From: an uncultured Phycisphaerales bacterium
Lineage (GTDB): Bacteria > Planctomycetota > Phycisphaerae > Tepidisphaerales > Tepidisphaeraceae
NCBI GenBank assembly: GCA_963755915.1
Contig: CAVWLP010000002.1
Span: forward strand, 992,001 to 1,056,000
Length of the DNA stretch: 64,000 nt
Reading direction: 5' to 3'
Shown here: piece by piece, positions 1 through 8,531 of the stretch
How the letters are laid out: each line of letters opens with the position of its first letter
Numbering within the stretch: the first letter of the stretch is position 1
Position numbers and translations under genes: made by a program
Notes under the pieces: generated by a model
What the model was told of the DNA's origin: nothing
Database searches by the model: none
What the model saw: the letters and a program-made list of their open reading frames with translations, nothing else

Positions 1-2
1 AC

Positions 3-1139
3 CGCAACGATTCCCAATTCGAAGAAGCGAGGAAATGCTACACCAAAGCCCTCGCCCTCCGCCCAAATTTCGCCGACGCCCAGCTCAACCTCGGCGTTAC
101 CCTCCAGGAAACCGAGCAAACCTTCGCCCCCGCCCTCGCCGCCTATGAAAAAGCCATCGCCATGCAACCCGACTTCGCCCTCGCCCACTGGAACCTCGGC
201 TTCGCCCTCCTCCTCCTCGGCGACTACACCCGCGGCCTCGCCGAATACGAATGGCGCTGGCGCACCAATACCGTCTCCACCCCGCGAAACTTCCACCAAC
301 CCCAATGGACCGGCGAAATCCTGCAAGGCCAGCGCATCCTCATCCACGCCGAGCAAGGCCTCGGCGACGCTATCCACATGGCCCGCTACATCCCCCAGGT
401 CGCCCAGCGCGGCGGCAAAGTAATCCTCGAATGCCCCGGCCCCCTCGTCCGCCTCTTCCGCCAACTCCCCGGCCTCACCGAAATCGTCCACTTCGGCGAC
501 CCCCTCCCTCCCTTCGACATCCACTGCCCTCTCATGACTCTCCCCCTCGTCTTCCACACAACGCTCCGAACCATCCCCGCCCAAATCCCCTACGTGAACG
601 CCGACCCGCAGCTCACCGCCCACTGGCAGCAAAAAATGCCCCCCGATCCCACTCGCCCGCGCATCGGCCTCGTCTGGGCCGGCGCCCCCGCCAACAAAAA
701 CGATCGCAACCGCTCGATGTCCCTCGACCACTTAACCCCGCTCGCCGAAATTAAATCGGCCCGCTTCTTTAGCCTGCAAAAAGGCCCCGCCGCCGCCCAA
801 ACCGCTCGCCCCTCGAAGGGCTTGACCCTGACCGACTTCACCCAGGAAATCACCGATTTCGCCGACACCGCAGCGATAACCGCCAACCTCGACCTCGTGA
901 TTGCCGTAGACACATCGGTAGCCCACCTCGCCGGCGCCATGGGCCGCCCGACCTGGATCATGATCCCCTTCATGCCCGACTGGCGCTGGATGCGCGATCG
1001 CTCCGATTCCCTGTGGTATCCCACCCTGAAAATCTTCCGCCAATCGCGCAACAGGACTTGGCGCGAAGTCGTAGAAAAAATCACCGAAGCCCTCAAAGCA
1101 TTTGCCGCAAGTTCGGCGACATCGTCTCCTCCCGTTTAG
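3..1139 (+). CDS. TPR-repeat protein with C-terminal GT9-like glycosyltransferase domain (5'-truncated by window)
   Basis: Frame is open from nt 3 (EARKCYTKALALRPNFADAQLNLG TPR). Motifs EYEWRW, AEQGLGD, RIGLVWAG, LDLVIAVDTSVAHLAGAMG and PDWRW are typical of this family. Confidence 0.85.
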   Translation, partial: RNDSQFEEARKCYTKALALRPNFADAQLNLGVTLQETEQTFAPALAAYEKAIAMQPDFALAHWNLGFALLLLGDYTRGLAEYEWRWRTNTVSTPRNFHQPQWTGEILQGQRILIHAEQGLGDAIHMARYIPQVAQRGGKVILECPGPLVRLFRQLPGLTEIVHFGDPLPPFDIHCPLMTLPLVFHTTLRTIPAQIPYVNADPQLTAHWQQKMPPDPTRPRIGLVWAGAPANKNDRNRSMSLDHLTPLAEIKSARFFSLQKGPAAAQTARPSKGLTLTDFTQEITDFADTAAITANLDLVIAVDTSVAHLAGAMGRPTWIMIPFMPDWRWMRDRSDSLWYPTLKIFRQSRNRTWREVVEKITEALKAFAASSATSSPPV

Positions 1140-1162
1140 CCGCGACCCGCAGGGAAGCGCTT
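1131..1162 (+). repeat. REP-like repeat family B, copy 1 (cccgtttagccgcgacccgcaggg(a/g)agcgc)
   Basis: Near-identical copies at 40968-40999 and 47334-47363, each just 3' of a + strand gene. Confidence 0.85.
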
Positions 1163-1170
1163 CCCCCCGC

Positions 1171-1295
1171 CCAACACCCCAAGGCCGCCCCGAACGTAAC
1201 CAGGACAGCCATGTGCTCCCGCACCGGAACCGCGCCGATATACGAGTGACCGCATTCCATCGTCACACAAACCATAACCGAAAAAAATCTTCCTC
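1171..1295 (+). repeat. ~125 bp dispersed repeat family C, copy 1 (empty)
   Basis: Aligns end to end with 32793-32920 and with the IS-split copy 60292-60362 + 61838-61895. Confidence 0.9.
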
Positions 1296-1357
1296 TTATT
1301 CTTCCGCCCCCAGCGCGATATCCTCCAAAAAAGCTTTCCGCCAGGAGGCATCAAAAA

Positions 1358-2033
1358 ATGACCCCCGACGACAAAAGATCCGCCGCCCGAAACCTCGCCG
1401 CGGAATACCAATCCCGTAACGACCCCTTAGGCTGGTTCGACGCCCTCTACAAATCCGCCGCCGGCAAACCGGAATCAATCCCCTGGGCCGAACTCCGCCC
1501 CAACCCATATCTCCTCGAATGGCTCGACACCGCAAGCTTTCCCCCCGCAAACGCCCCCGGAAACGCTCTGGTCATCGGCTGCGGCCTGGGCGACGACGCC
1601 CAGCTCCTCTCTTCCCGCTCCTGGACCACCACCGCTTTCGACATCTCCCCCGAAGCCATCAATTGGGCCCGCCGCAGATTCCCCAATTCAAACGTGAACT
1701 ATGAGGTCGCCAGCGTCCTGGACCCCCCACCCGCCTGGCGAGCCAAATTCGATCTCGTCGTAGAAATCTTCACCCTCCAGGCCATCCCCCGCCCGCTTCA
1801 TTTGCAGGCCATCCCCAAAATCGCCGCCCTCCTCGCCCCCTCCGGCCGTCTCTTCCTTTTCGCGGGCGAGAAACGATTCCGACCCCCCCGGCTCCATGCC
1901 CTGGCCCCTCACCGAGAAAGAGGTGCGCGAGTTTGAGAAACTAGGCTTGGAACGCGAATCCTTCGACGATTTCCTCGACGACGAAAATCCCCCCGTCCGC
2001 CGCTTCCAGGCAGTATTTCGCCGGCCAAACTGA
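1358..2033 (+). CDS. Class I SAM-dependent methyltransferase (thiopurine-MTase-like), frameshift near 1865
   Basis: ALVIGCGLGDDA and FDISPEAI motifs. C-terminus DPPGSMPWPLTEKEV...DDENPPVRRFQAVFRRPN* continues in another frame to 2033. Confidence 0.8.
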
Positions 2034-2055
2034 GCGTCAACCAGCCACGCTCTTT

Positions 2056-2096
2056 CCCCCGCCCCCGGTACTCCGGGGGAGGGCAGGGGAGGGGGT
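2056..2096 (+). repeat. REP-like repeat family A (cccccgcccccggtactccgggggagggcaggggaggggg)
   Basis: Hairpin plus G-rich tail. Other copies at 10092, 31062, 35869, 54332, 55532 and 57247. Confidence 0.9.
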
Positions 2097-2099
2097 TGC

Positions 2100-3044
2100 T
2101 CATGCCCCCAGCAAATCCGCCAGCGCCTCCGCGAGCCGCCCAAACCGAAATTCAAATCCCTCCTCACGCAATCGCCGCGACACCACATATCTCCCATAAA
2201 GCGCCAATTCCGGATCCGTGCCCATCAGCAGCGGCGCTCCCATCCGCACCATCCATTCAAACGCCGGCAACCCGATCGGCATCCTCATCCCCCTGCGCAG
2301 CTCCCGCATAAACTCCCGCTGTGAAACCGGATTGGGCGCCGTCGCGATGTACATCCCCTCCATTCGATCGTCGCTCAACGCCCGTTCGAATAGCCGGTTC
2401 ATATCGGTTTCGTGGATCCAGCTCATCCCCTGCGTCCCCGAGCCAACGACCCCGCCAAGGCCCAATCGAACCAGTGTCCGCAGCCGCGCCAGCGCTCCCC
2501 CTCCCGCGCCGCGATCGTGCCCAATCACGAAACTCGTCCGCAGGATCACCTTTCTCTGTGAGGCCAGCGCGCTGGCATTAAACGCCTCTTCCCACGCCCG
2601 CCCCACCGTCGGCGCAAAGCCGATCCCCAATGGCGAATCCTCCGAGCAGACGATTGTCGGCGGATCGCCGTAAATATGCGCAGTGCTCATCTGCACCCAA
2701 ACCCCCGGCGGAGCTTCAACTTTCCGCATCGCCTCCCCCAGCACCAGCGTCCCTTCAACGCGCGACCTCAAAATCTCATCCTGATGCTCCGGCGTCTTGA
2801 TGCAGTCAAAGCTCCGTCCCACAAGATTCCCCACTCCCCAGGCCCCATCCAGTGCCGCCGCCCAATCCCCCATCTTTCGTGCATCCCACGAAACATGCGA
2901 AACGCCCGGAATCGCCTTCGGCGCTCGCCGCGAAAGAATAACCACCTTCCGATTCGCCCCCACCAGGTGATGGGCCAGTGATACCCCCAAAAACCCACTC
3001 CCGCCGGCGATCACGACGCGCTGTGCCGGAAAGGATTCGCCCAT
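2100..3044 (-). CDS. TIGR01777/YfcH-type NAD-dependent epimerase family protein
   Basis: IAGGSGFLG Rossmann motif, [34 protein letters not shown]. Confidence 0.9.
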   Translation of the reverse strand: MGESFPAQRVVIAGGSGFLGVSLAHHLVGANRKVVILSRRAPKAIPGVSHVSWDARKMGDWAAALDGAWGVGNLVGRSFDCIKTPEHQDEILRSRVEGTLVLGEAMRKVEAPPGVWVQMSTAHIYGDPPTIVCSEDSPLGIGFAPTVGRAWEEAFNASALASQRKVILRTSFVIGHDRGAGGGALARLRTLVRLGLGGVVGSGTQGMSWIHETDMNRLFERALSDDRMEGMYIATAPNPVSQREFMRELRRGMRMPIGLPAFEWMVRMGAPLLMGTDPELALYGRYVVSRRLREEGFEFRFGRLAEALADLLGA

Positions 3045-3229
3045 TGCGCCCGCGAGTATACCGATTCCGCAAATCCACAGCCCGCGCCCAACGCCTCAAT
3101 TGCAGCGACCCAACGAATTGCCCCGTACCCACCCCGTTGTCAAAAGCCCGACCATGGCCATGGGGGCCCCTACCAAAGCCGCGCGGTGCTTGCACCCGCG
3201 GAAATCCCCTTCTTCTCACCAACCCCCCC

Positions 3230-4288
3230 TCACCGATAAGCCGCAAAAAATCCAATCGTATAACCGTCGGGCGATCTCACCGTGAAATTACGCAGCGTCA
3301 CATCATCAAAAAATGCACTCGGCTTCAGACCCTGCGCCGCGATCGCGTCCCGCTGCGCAGTCAATCCCCCGGCGCCTCCCTCAATCCAAAAAAACAACGT
3401 CACCCCCGGCGTCGGACGCGTCCCCTCGACCTCGTCGGCTCGCCGAAGCCAGATCCGCGCCGTCTGCCCATCCCGAAGGCTCGCCCTGGGAACCCGCCCC
3501 ATCGCATCCGGCTGATCGATGAAATGCCGGCGGAAGCCAAGCTTCTCGAAGAAATCCAGGTTCGCTTCAACGTCCGTCACAACAAACTCCGCGCTCCATA
3601 CCGTGAAATCAGTCGCCTCGGCCTGCTGCATCATGGTCATCGCTCCTTTCGCTAAATCTGCGATCCGATCATTCCCCTTTGCCGACCGCACAATGCCCGG
3701 GCACGCCTCGGCCGGTGCCCGGATTTCACCCAGCAGTTCATCCGGAACAACATCCAGCCCGTCGTGTAACATCCATCCTCTCACGCTGCTCAGCGCCCTG
3801 CTGATCCTTTTCCGAACCGCATCAGCGCTACATCCCAGCTCCTTCCCGATCGCTTGATAATCCGCGCCCTGGTAGAAACGCCGAACGATTGCCTGCCGAT
3901 CCTCCCCCGGCAACTGCGCAATCGCATCCTCAAGCATCCCACGCAACTCATCACTCGCCAGATCGCCCGCGATTTCGCGGCACGCCTTCGCTTCCCGGCC
4001 TTCCCGCCGCCTCTGCCCGCGCCGCAGCCGGCTGCACGTTAGGTGCATCGCCCGGAACAGCCAGCCCGCTATTGACAATCCATCCGAATCAACCAGCGTC
4101 CGCGCTTTCGAAGCCAGCAGCAGAAAAACCGCTTGCCCGGCATCCTCCGCCAGATGTCCGTCCTGAAGTCTTCGTCGCGCCGCAGCGACAAGCCAACCCC
4201 CATGCCGTTCCACGAGCTGACCGAACGCACGATCATTCCCCTCCCGCGCATACGCCTCCAACAACTCCGAATCGCTTGCTTCCATCAC
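3230..4288 (-). CDS. ECF sigma-70 factor fused to a C-terminal VOC/glyoxalase-like domain
   Basis: SDSELLEAY, AFGQLVERHG, LAEDAGQAVF (region 2), LPGEDRQAIVRRFYQG...AVRKRISRAL (region 4). C-terminal VTDVEANLDFFEKLGF and FTVRSPDGYTIGF are VOC signatures. Confidence 0.85.
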   Translation of the reverse strand: MMEASDSELLEAYAREGNDRAFGQLVERHGGWLVAAARRRLQDGHLAEDAGQAVFLLLASKARTLVDSDGLSIAGWLFRAMHLTCSRLRRGQRRREGREAKACREIAGDLASDELRGMLEDAIAQLPGEDRQAIVRRFYQGADYQAIGKELGCSADAVRKRISRALSSVRGWMLHDGLDVVPDELLGEIRAPAEACPGIVRSAKGNDRIADLAKGAMTMMQQAEATDFTVWSAEFVVTDVEANLDFFEKLGFRRHFIDQPDAMGRVPRASLRDGQTARIWLRRADEVEGTRPTPGVTLFFWIEGGAGGLTAQRDAIAAQGLKPSAFFDDVTLRNFTVRSPDGYTIGFFAAYR

Positions 4289-4362
4289 ACTTCACCCGTA
4301 ACTGCCCGCCAAAACCCAAACCGGACATCATAAAATGAACCGCCCGCCTTTCCCCCCTCCCC

Positions 4363-4570
4363 AATCTGAAATCTCAAATCTCAAACCCCGCCCCGTTTCC
4401 CCCGAAAGCCCCACCATGGCATGGTGGGGCCCCACCCAAACCCGCCCCGCCCCCAATCTCAAATCTGAAATCTCATTGCGCTCACCACAATCAGAGACGC
4501 CCATTCGAACATTCGAATTTTGAATTTGACCTGTCCCGGCGCCGGGGTTCGTCATTCGAGTTTCGAATTT
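4363..4570. repeat. Intergenic cluster of 7-nt tandem repeats and a perfect palindrome
   Basis: aatctga/aatctca units at 4363-4385 and 4455-4475, attcgaa-type units at 4503-4570, palindrome gccccaccatg-g-catggtggggc at 4408-4430. Confidence 0.75.
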
Positions 4571-4628
4571 CTCTCTCGATCTACTGCTCTACTTTCCATT
4601 CTCAACTTTCTCGCGCAGCGAACCCCCT

Positions 4629-4670
4629 CCCCAAGGATCCACCACCTCCACCCCACACCCCTCCACCCCC
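4629..4670 (-). pseudogene. Duplicated 3' fragment of the vapC/fitB toxin gene
   Basis: 38/42 nt identical to 6698-6739. Translates GVEGCGVEVVDPWG versus GVEGCGIEVVDPWG. Confidence 0.85.
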
Positions 4671-4674
4671 CGAC

Positions 4675-4810
4675 CGCCCCCGCGCCCTCTCATGAATCGT
4701 CCGATCCGCGGCCCTAGGCGGTTTGCCAGGCAGACGCGGGTCTTTCCACTCCCGGTCATACTCCGCTGTCGCAGCGCGAAGCTGCTCACGCGTCATTTCC
4801 GAATAACGTA
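4675..4810 (-). pseudogene. Truncated fragment of a BrnA/RHH-like antitoxin
   Basis: YSEMTREQLRAATAEYDREW...PGKPPRAADRTIHERARGR resembles the N-terminal half of the antitoxin at 27087 (GKPLSAAQRREEKLARSVGRP) and lacks the DNA-binding half. Confidence 0.45.
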
Positions 4811-5471
4811 GACATTCGATGGAATCTTGACTCGTTCCGCAGAAATGAGGCCGGCATATGATCCAGGGCCTAATGTCAGGGGGTCCTTGCTCGTGTTCTC
4901 CTCCGCACCACCGCCCGCGACGACGTATCTTGCACCAGCACTCATGTCGTACGAACTCGGAGCTAAATGCGCGGCGCAAAGGGTGCGATTAGCTGGCGTG
5001 ACTGTGACAACTGCGTCAACTCTGGCCCCAAAAGAATCCTGCTGCCCTCAGGAAGATCGGCGAACATTTTTGCTTGGCTCGAGCGCGTCATTTGGTTTGT
5101 CGCCGTCTGAACATTACCCTAACTTGTCTTTATCGAGCGGTCAAGAGAGACCTCGCGCATGCCCCATCTGGACACTATTTCTTGGCTATTCTGAGCGGTT
5201 CGGGAGCAAAAGGTTACATCTGCCTCCAAGGGGCTCAATTAGACCCAAGCGCACCCCGCGCAACCAGCCGCGGTCGATTCTGCCCGACGCTCGACAAAAC
5301 ACGGGATAGCCACCAATTTACGCACGCCGGAGCACTGGAGAATGGCCAGCGAGCTGCGGACATTTGGGCGTTGCCTTGGAGGTTACGAAACGCGTTTATA
5401 TGCCGCCCGTTTGCGCCGCTTTAATTCGGTCACGTTTCGTTCGTCGACCGTTCCGGCGACCCGCCGCGATA

Positions 5472-6416
5472 TCACCACAAATTTCGAACAAAAACGCCTT
5501 GTGCTTTTTCGATTTGCCGTCGCGCTTCCTCCAAATCAATCGATGTAGACGAAGCGGAGGTGGGTTGCCACATGACGCCGATTCCATTTCCAGATCCTTC
5601 GCCTGTCGAGCAAAAGGCACCTACCGAAACCACGCTCATTTCTTCTTCCCAGCCCCACAATTGCTGATAAGCCGGATTCTCTAGCAGGCGGTTCATCTCA
5701 TTCGAGAGTGCTTCGTATCCCATGTTTAAAAGATTCAGCGTATCGCGAACCACCTCTCCGCTAACACTCCGCAATTCCTGCCAATGCGACGCATCACCCA
5801 GATGCCTTTTCTCGACCTCGGCCCAATCGACGTTGCCTTGACCTGCGAGGTATTCGCTTCGGAGCACGAACAGCGGACCATCGGGCCTGGTTTTTACGGT
5901 CATCAGGGATCCTTGGTGAGTTAGATAATCTCGATAGATAATCATTTGACTACGTGATTCATTCCATTTGGGAGAAATCTCCTTCGCTGTTCTGATCGGA
6001 GTTTGTAGTCGAGAGGACAAGGTATCTGGCTGATCCCCAGCAATGGTCCTCTCTAGTGCGTTGAATAGCGTCAGAGCTGTGCCCGAGTGCTCTAACGCCG
6101 AAACCAACTCACGGGAAGAACAATCTTCAGAAACTGCAAGGCTCTGAACGGCATACAAAATGCGCTGGAATACGGAGTAGCTCCTCTGAGCCATTCTGTT
6201 TATGATCCAATCAGCGTTTGGACGGATGCGAATCGACTCCGGACGGCCTGTGGCCGGCGCAACGTGATATCGCCAAAAAGCCTCATATCCCAAAAAGTAA
6301 TCCGGAAACGGAGACTCATGGAAAGCCTCCTGCTCGTGAACGTCACCATCCCGAGCTAAGCTTAGTCCGTCATAAAAGGATCGCATCTTTTGCCAAGCAT
6401 CTTTGCCAAGACTCAT
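5472..6416 (-). CDS. Hypothetical helical protein with HEPN-like RxxxxH motif, in lower-GC island
   Basis: Long ORF with atypical codon usage. Contains YRDYLTHQG (RDYLTH at 5916-5933). Confidence 0.6.
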   Translation of the reverse strand: MSLGKDAWQKMRSFYDGLSLARDGDVHEQEAFHESPFPDYFLGYEAFWRYHVAPATGRPESIRIRPNADWIINRMAQRSYSVFQRILYAVQSLAVSEDCSSRELVSALEHSGTALTLFNALERTIAGDQPDTLSSRLQTPIRTAKEISPKWNESRSQMIIYRDYLTHQGSLMTVKTRPDGPLFVLRSEYLAGQGNVDWAEVEKRHLGDASHWQELRSVSGEVVRDTLNLLNMGYEALSNEMNRLLENPAYQQLWGWEEEMSVVSVGAFCSTGEGSGNGIGVMWQPTSASSTSIDLEEARRQIEKAQGVFVRNLW

Positions 6417-6684
6417 AGTGCCTCTCAAAAACTGAAGCCAGGGTGATCGAAACAGGTTTCCGATTTCGCGATTCTAGGCGAGCAGTATACGCGTTGCGCT
6501 TGGCCAACGGCTAAAATCTTCAGAAGGGGCCTATTGCGGCCTTACGAGGAGGGAAACTTTTCAGGAACTTTTTATAAATGTTCCGGACAAACTGCGAGAC
6601 AAAACGCGGAAAACGCGATAGCCAACTGAAAACGATGTGAAAACGCAGGACAGGTACCTGTTTTCCCTCCCGACCCGCGCGCCC

Positions 6685-7107
6685 TCACCTCTCAAATCCC
6701 CACGGATCGACCACCTCAATCCCACACCCCTCCACCCCCTCCGCATTCTTCGTCGCCAGCTTCGCCCCGCGCAACCGCGCTATCCCCGCCACCATCGCAT
6801 CCAATTGCGCAATCCCCTTCCCCGCCGTCCGGCGATCAAAGATAATCTCCGCATACGCCGCCGCGGCGAAACTGTCGAACGGCAGCACCCGCCCCGCAAA
6901 ATCCTCCCGGAAAATCCCGTCGATAATCCCCATCATCTCCCCCCGCTTCCGCTCAGATAGAAGCAGCGCCGCCTGCCGCAGTTCCGCCTCGCCAATCGTG
7001 CTCACAAACACGCTCGCCGCCGGCTGCGCCGCCAGCCACGCCTCCACCTTGGGATCAGGCTTGGCCTTCAGCATTTCAACCAGAACGGAGGTCTCCAGCA
7101 GAATCAT
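6685..7107 (-). CDS. vapC: VapC/FitB-like PIN-domain toxin
   Basis: MILLETSVLVE, STIGEAEL, VLPFDSFAA, DAMVAGIA, LATKN, VVDPW. Confidence 0.9.
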   Translation of the reverse strand: MILLETSVLVEMLKAKPDPKVEAWLAAQPAASVFVSTIGEAELRQAALLLSERKRGEMMGIIDGIFREDFAGRVLPFDSFAAAAYAEIIFDRRTAGKGIAQLDAMVAGIARLRGAKLATKNAEGVEGCGIEVVDPWGFER

Positions 7108-7352
7108 TAATCAAACTCCGGCGGCGCCTTCATCTTCTGCCGCGATAGCGGCTGCGCCTCAATGATCGGCGCCTTCAACACCCGGCTCCGGATCGCCGCC
7201 GCCAGGTTCCCGGCCGGCGATTCCTGGGCATTCAAAACCACCTGCAAAATCTCCTTGGCCTCATCCTCCATCGAGTGCCCATGCCCCGCCGCCCGCACCC
7301 GCAGCCGCTCTTTCAGGTCCCCGCCCAATTCCCGCAGTACCAGGCTCGCCAT
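7107..7352 (-). CDS. FitA/StbC-like ribbon-helix-helix antitoxin
   Basis: MASLVLREL...LKERLRVRAAGHGHSMEDEAKEIL. Stop overlaps the toxin start. Confidence 0.9.
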   Translation of the reverse strand: MASLVLRELGGDLKERLRVRAAGHGHSMEDEAKEILQVVLNAQESPAGNLAAAIRSRVLKAPIIEAQPLSRQKMKAPPEFD

Positions 7353-7386
7353 GATATCAATGATATCAATGATATCATTGATATCA
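7352..7386. promoter_or_regulatory. Four tandem TGATATCA palindromes, probable antitoxin operator
   Basis: tgatatca at 7352, 7361, 7370 and 7379 (9-bp period), abutting the antitoxin start codon. Confidence 0.7.
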
Positions 7387-7487
7387 AGAAAAGTGCCTAC
7401 CCATTTTACCAGTCTTTCCTATTTGGTTATGGACTGTCACCTTTTGTACGCGATGCCCCCGGCTCAAAACCTCGCCTAGGATTGCCC

Positions 7488-8525
7488 ATGCAAATCGGCT
7501 TCGACAGCTTCGTCTCCACCGCCCCCGACCCCGTCACCGGCAAATCAACCCCCCCGGCGGACCTGGTGAACAACCTCATCGATGAAATCGAACTCGCCGA
7601 CCAGGTCGGCCTCGACGTCGTCGGACTCGGCGAGCACCACCGCCTGGAGTTCCTGGACTCAGCCCCGGCGGTCATCCTCGCCGCCGCCGCCGCGCGGACC
7701 AAGCGGATCCGCCTTACCAGCGCCGTCACCGTCCTCAGCGCCGCCGATCCAGTCCGGGTCTTCCAGCAGTTCGCCACCCTCGACCTCATCTCCCGCGGCC
7801 GCGCCGAAATGGTCGTCGGCCGCGGCTCATTCATCGAAGCCTTCCCCCTCTTCGGACTCGAGCTGGAAGACTACGACTCCCTCTTCACCGAGAAGCTGGA
7901 CCTCCTCCTGAAGATCCGGCAAAGCGAACACATCCACTGGTCCGGACGCCATCGCCCCACCCTCAACGGTGAAGGAATTTATCCCCGGCCACTCCAGCAG
8001 CCCCTACCGATCTGGCTCGGCGTGGGCGGCACGCCGGAATCCTTTGAGCGCGCCGGCAGGCTCGGTCTGCCCCTGATGGTCGCGATCATCGGCGGCGAGC
8101 CGCGGCGGTTCGCCTCCCTCGTCGACCTGTACCGCGAAGCGGGACGGCAGGCGGGGCACGCGGACGATGCTTTGCAGGTCGGCGTCCACGCGCTGGGACA
8201 TGTGGCCGACACGGACGAAAAAGCCGCCGAGGAATTCTTCCCGGGATACGCCCGCGAGTTCACCCGCATCGGCCGCGAGCGCGGCTGGCCCCCGGTAACG
8301 CGAAAGCAGTTCGAAGCCGTGCGCGGGGAAAACGGTGCCCTGATTGTGAGCGATCCAAAGGGCGTCGTGGAAAAGATCAGACATTACGACGAAGTGCTTG
8401 GCGGCATCTCCCGCCTCTCGTTTCAGATGAGCGTCGCCGGGCTTTCGCATGAGAAACTCGTGCGCTCAATTGAGCTAATCGGCAAAGAGGTCATCCCGGC
8501 GCTGCGCCAGAGGGTTAAGCGATAG
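7488..8525 (+). CDS. LLM-class flavin-dependent oxidoreductase (luciferase-like)
   Basis: GLGEHHR, SAVTVLSAADPVRVFQQFATLDLISRGRAE, IWLGVGGTPES. Confidence 0.93.
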   Translation: MQIGFDSFVSTAPDPVTGKSTPPADLVNNLIDEIELADQVGLDVVGLGEHHRLEFLDSAPAVILAAAAARTKRIRLTSAVTVLSAADPVRVFQQFATLDLISRGRAEMVVGRGSFIEAFPLFGLELEDYDSLFTEKLDLLLKIRQSEHIHWSGRHRPTLNGEGIYPRPLQQPLPIWLGVGGTPESFERAGRLGLPLMVAIIGGEPRRFASLVDLYREAGRQAGHADDALQVGVHALGHVADTDEKAAEEFFPGYAREFTRIGRERGWPPVTRKQFEAVRGENGALIVSDPKGVVEKIRHYDEVLGGISRLSFQMSVAGLSHEKLVRSIELIGKEVIPALRQRVKR

Positions 8526-8531
8526 GAAATC

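Noticed and set aside
7352-7386. Possible CRISPR array here or elsewhere in the window
   Set aside because: Units are 9 bp without spacers. No regularly spaced 25-40 bp repeats or cas genes were seen anywhere.
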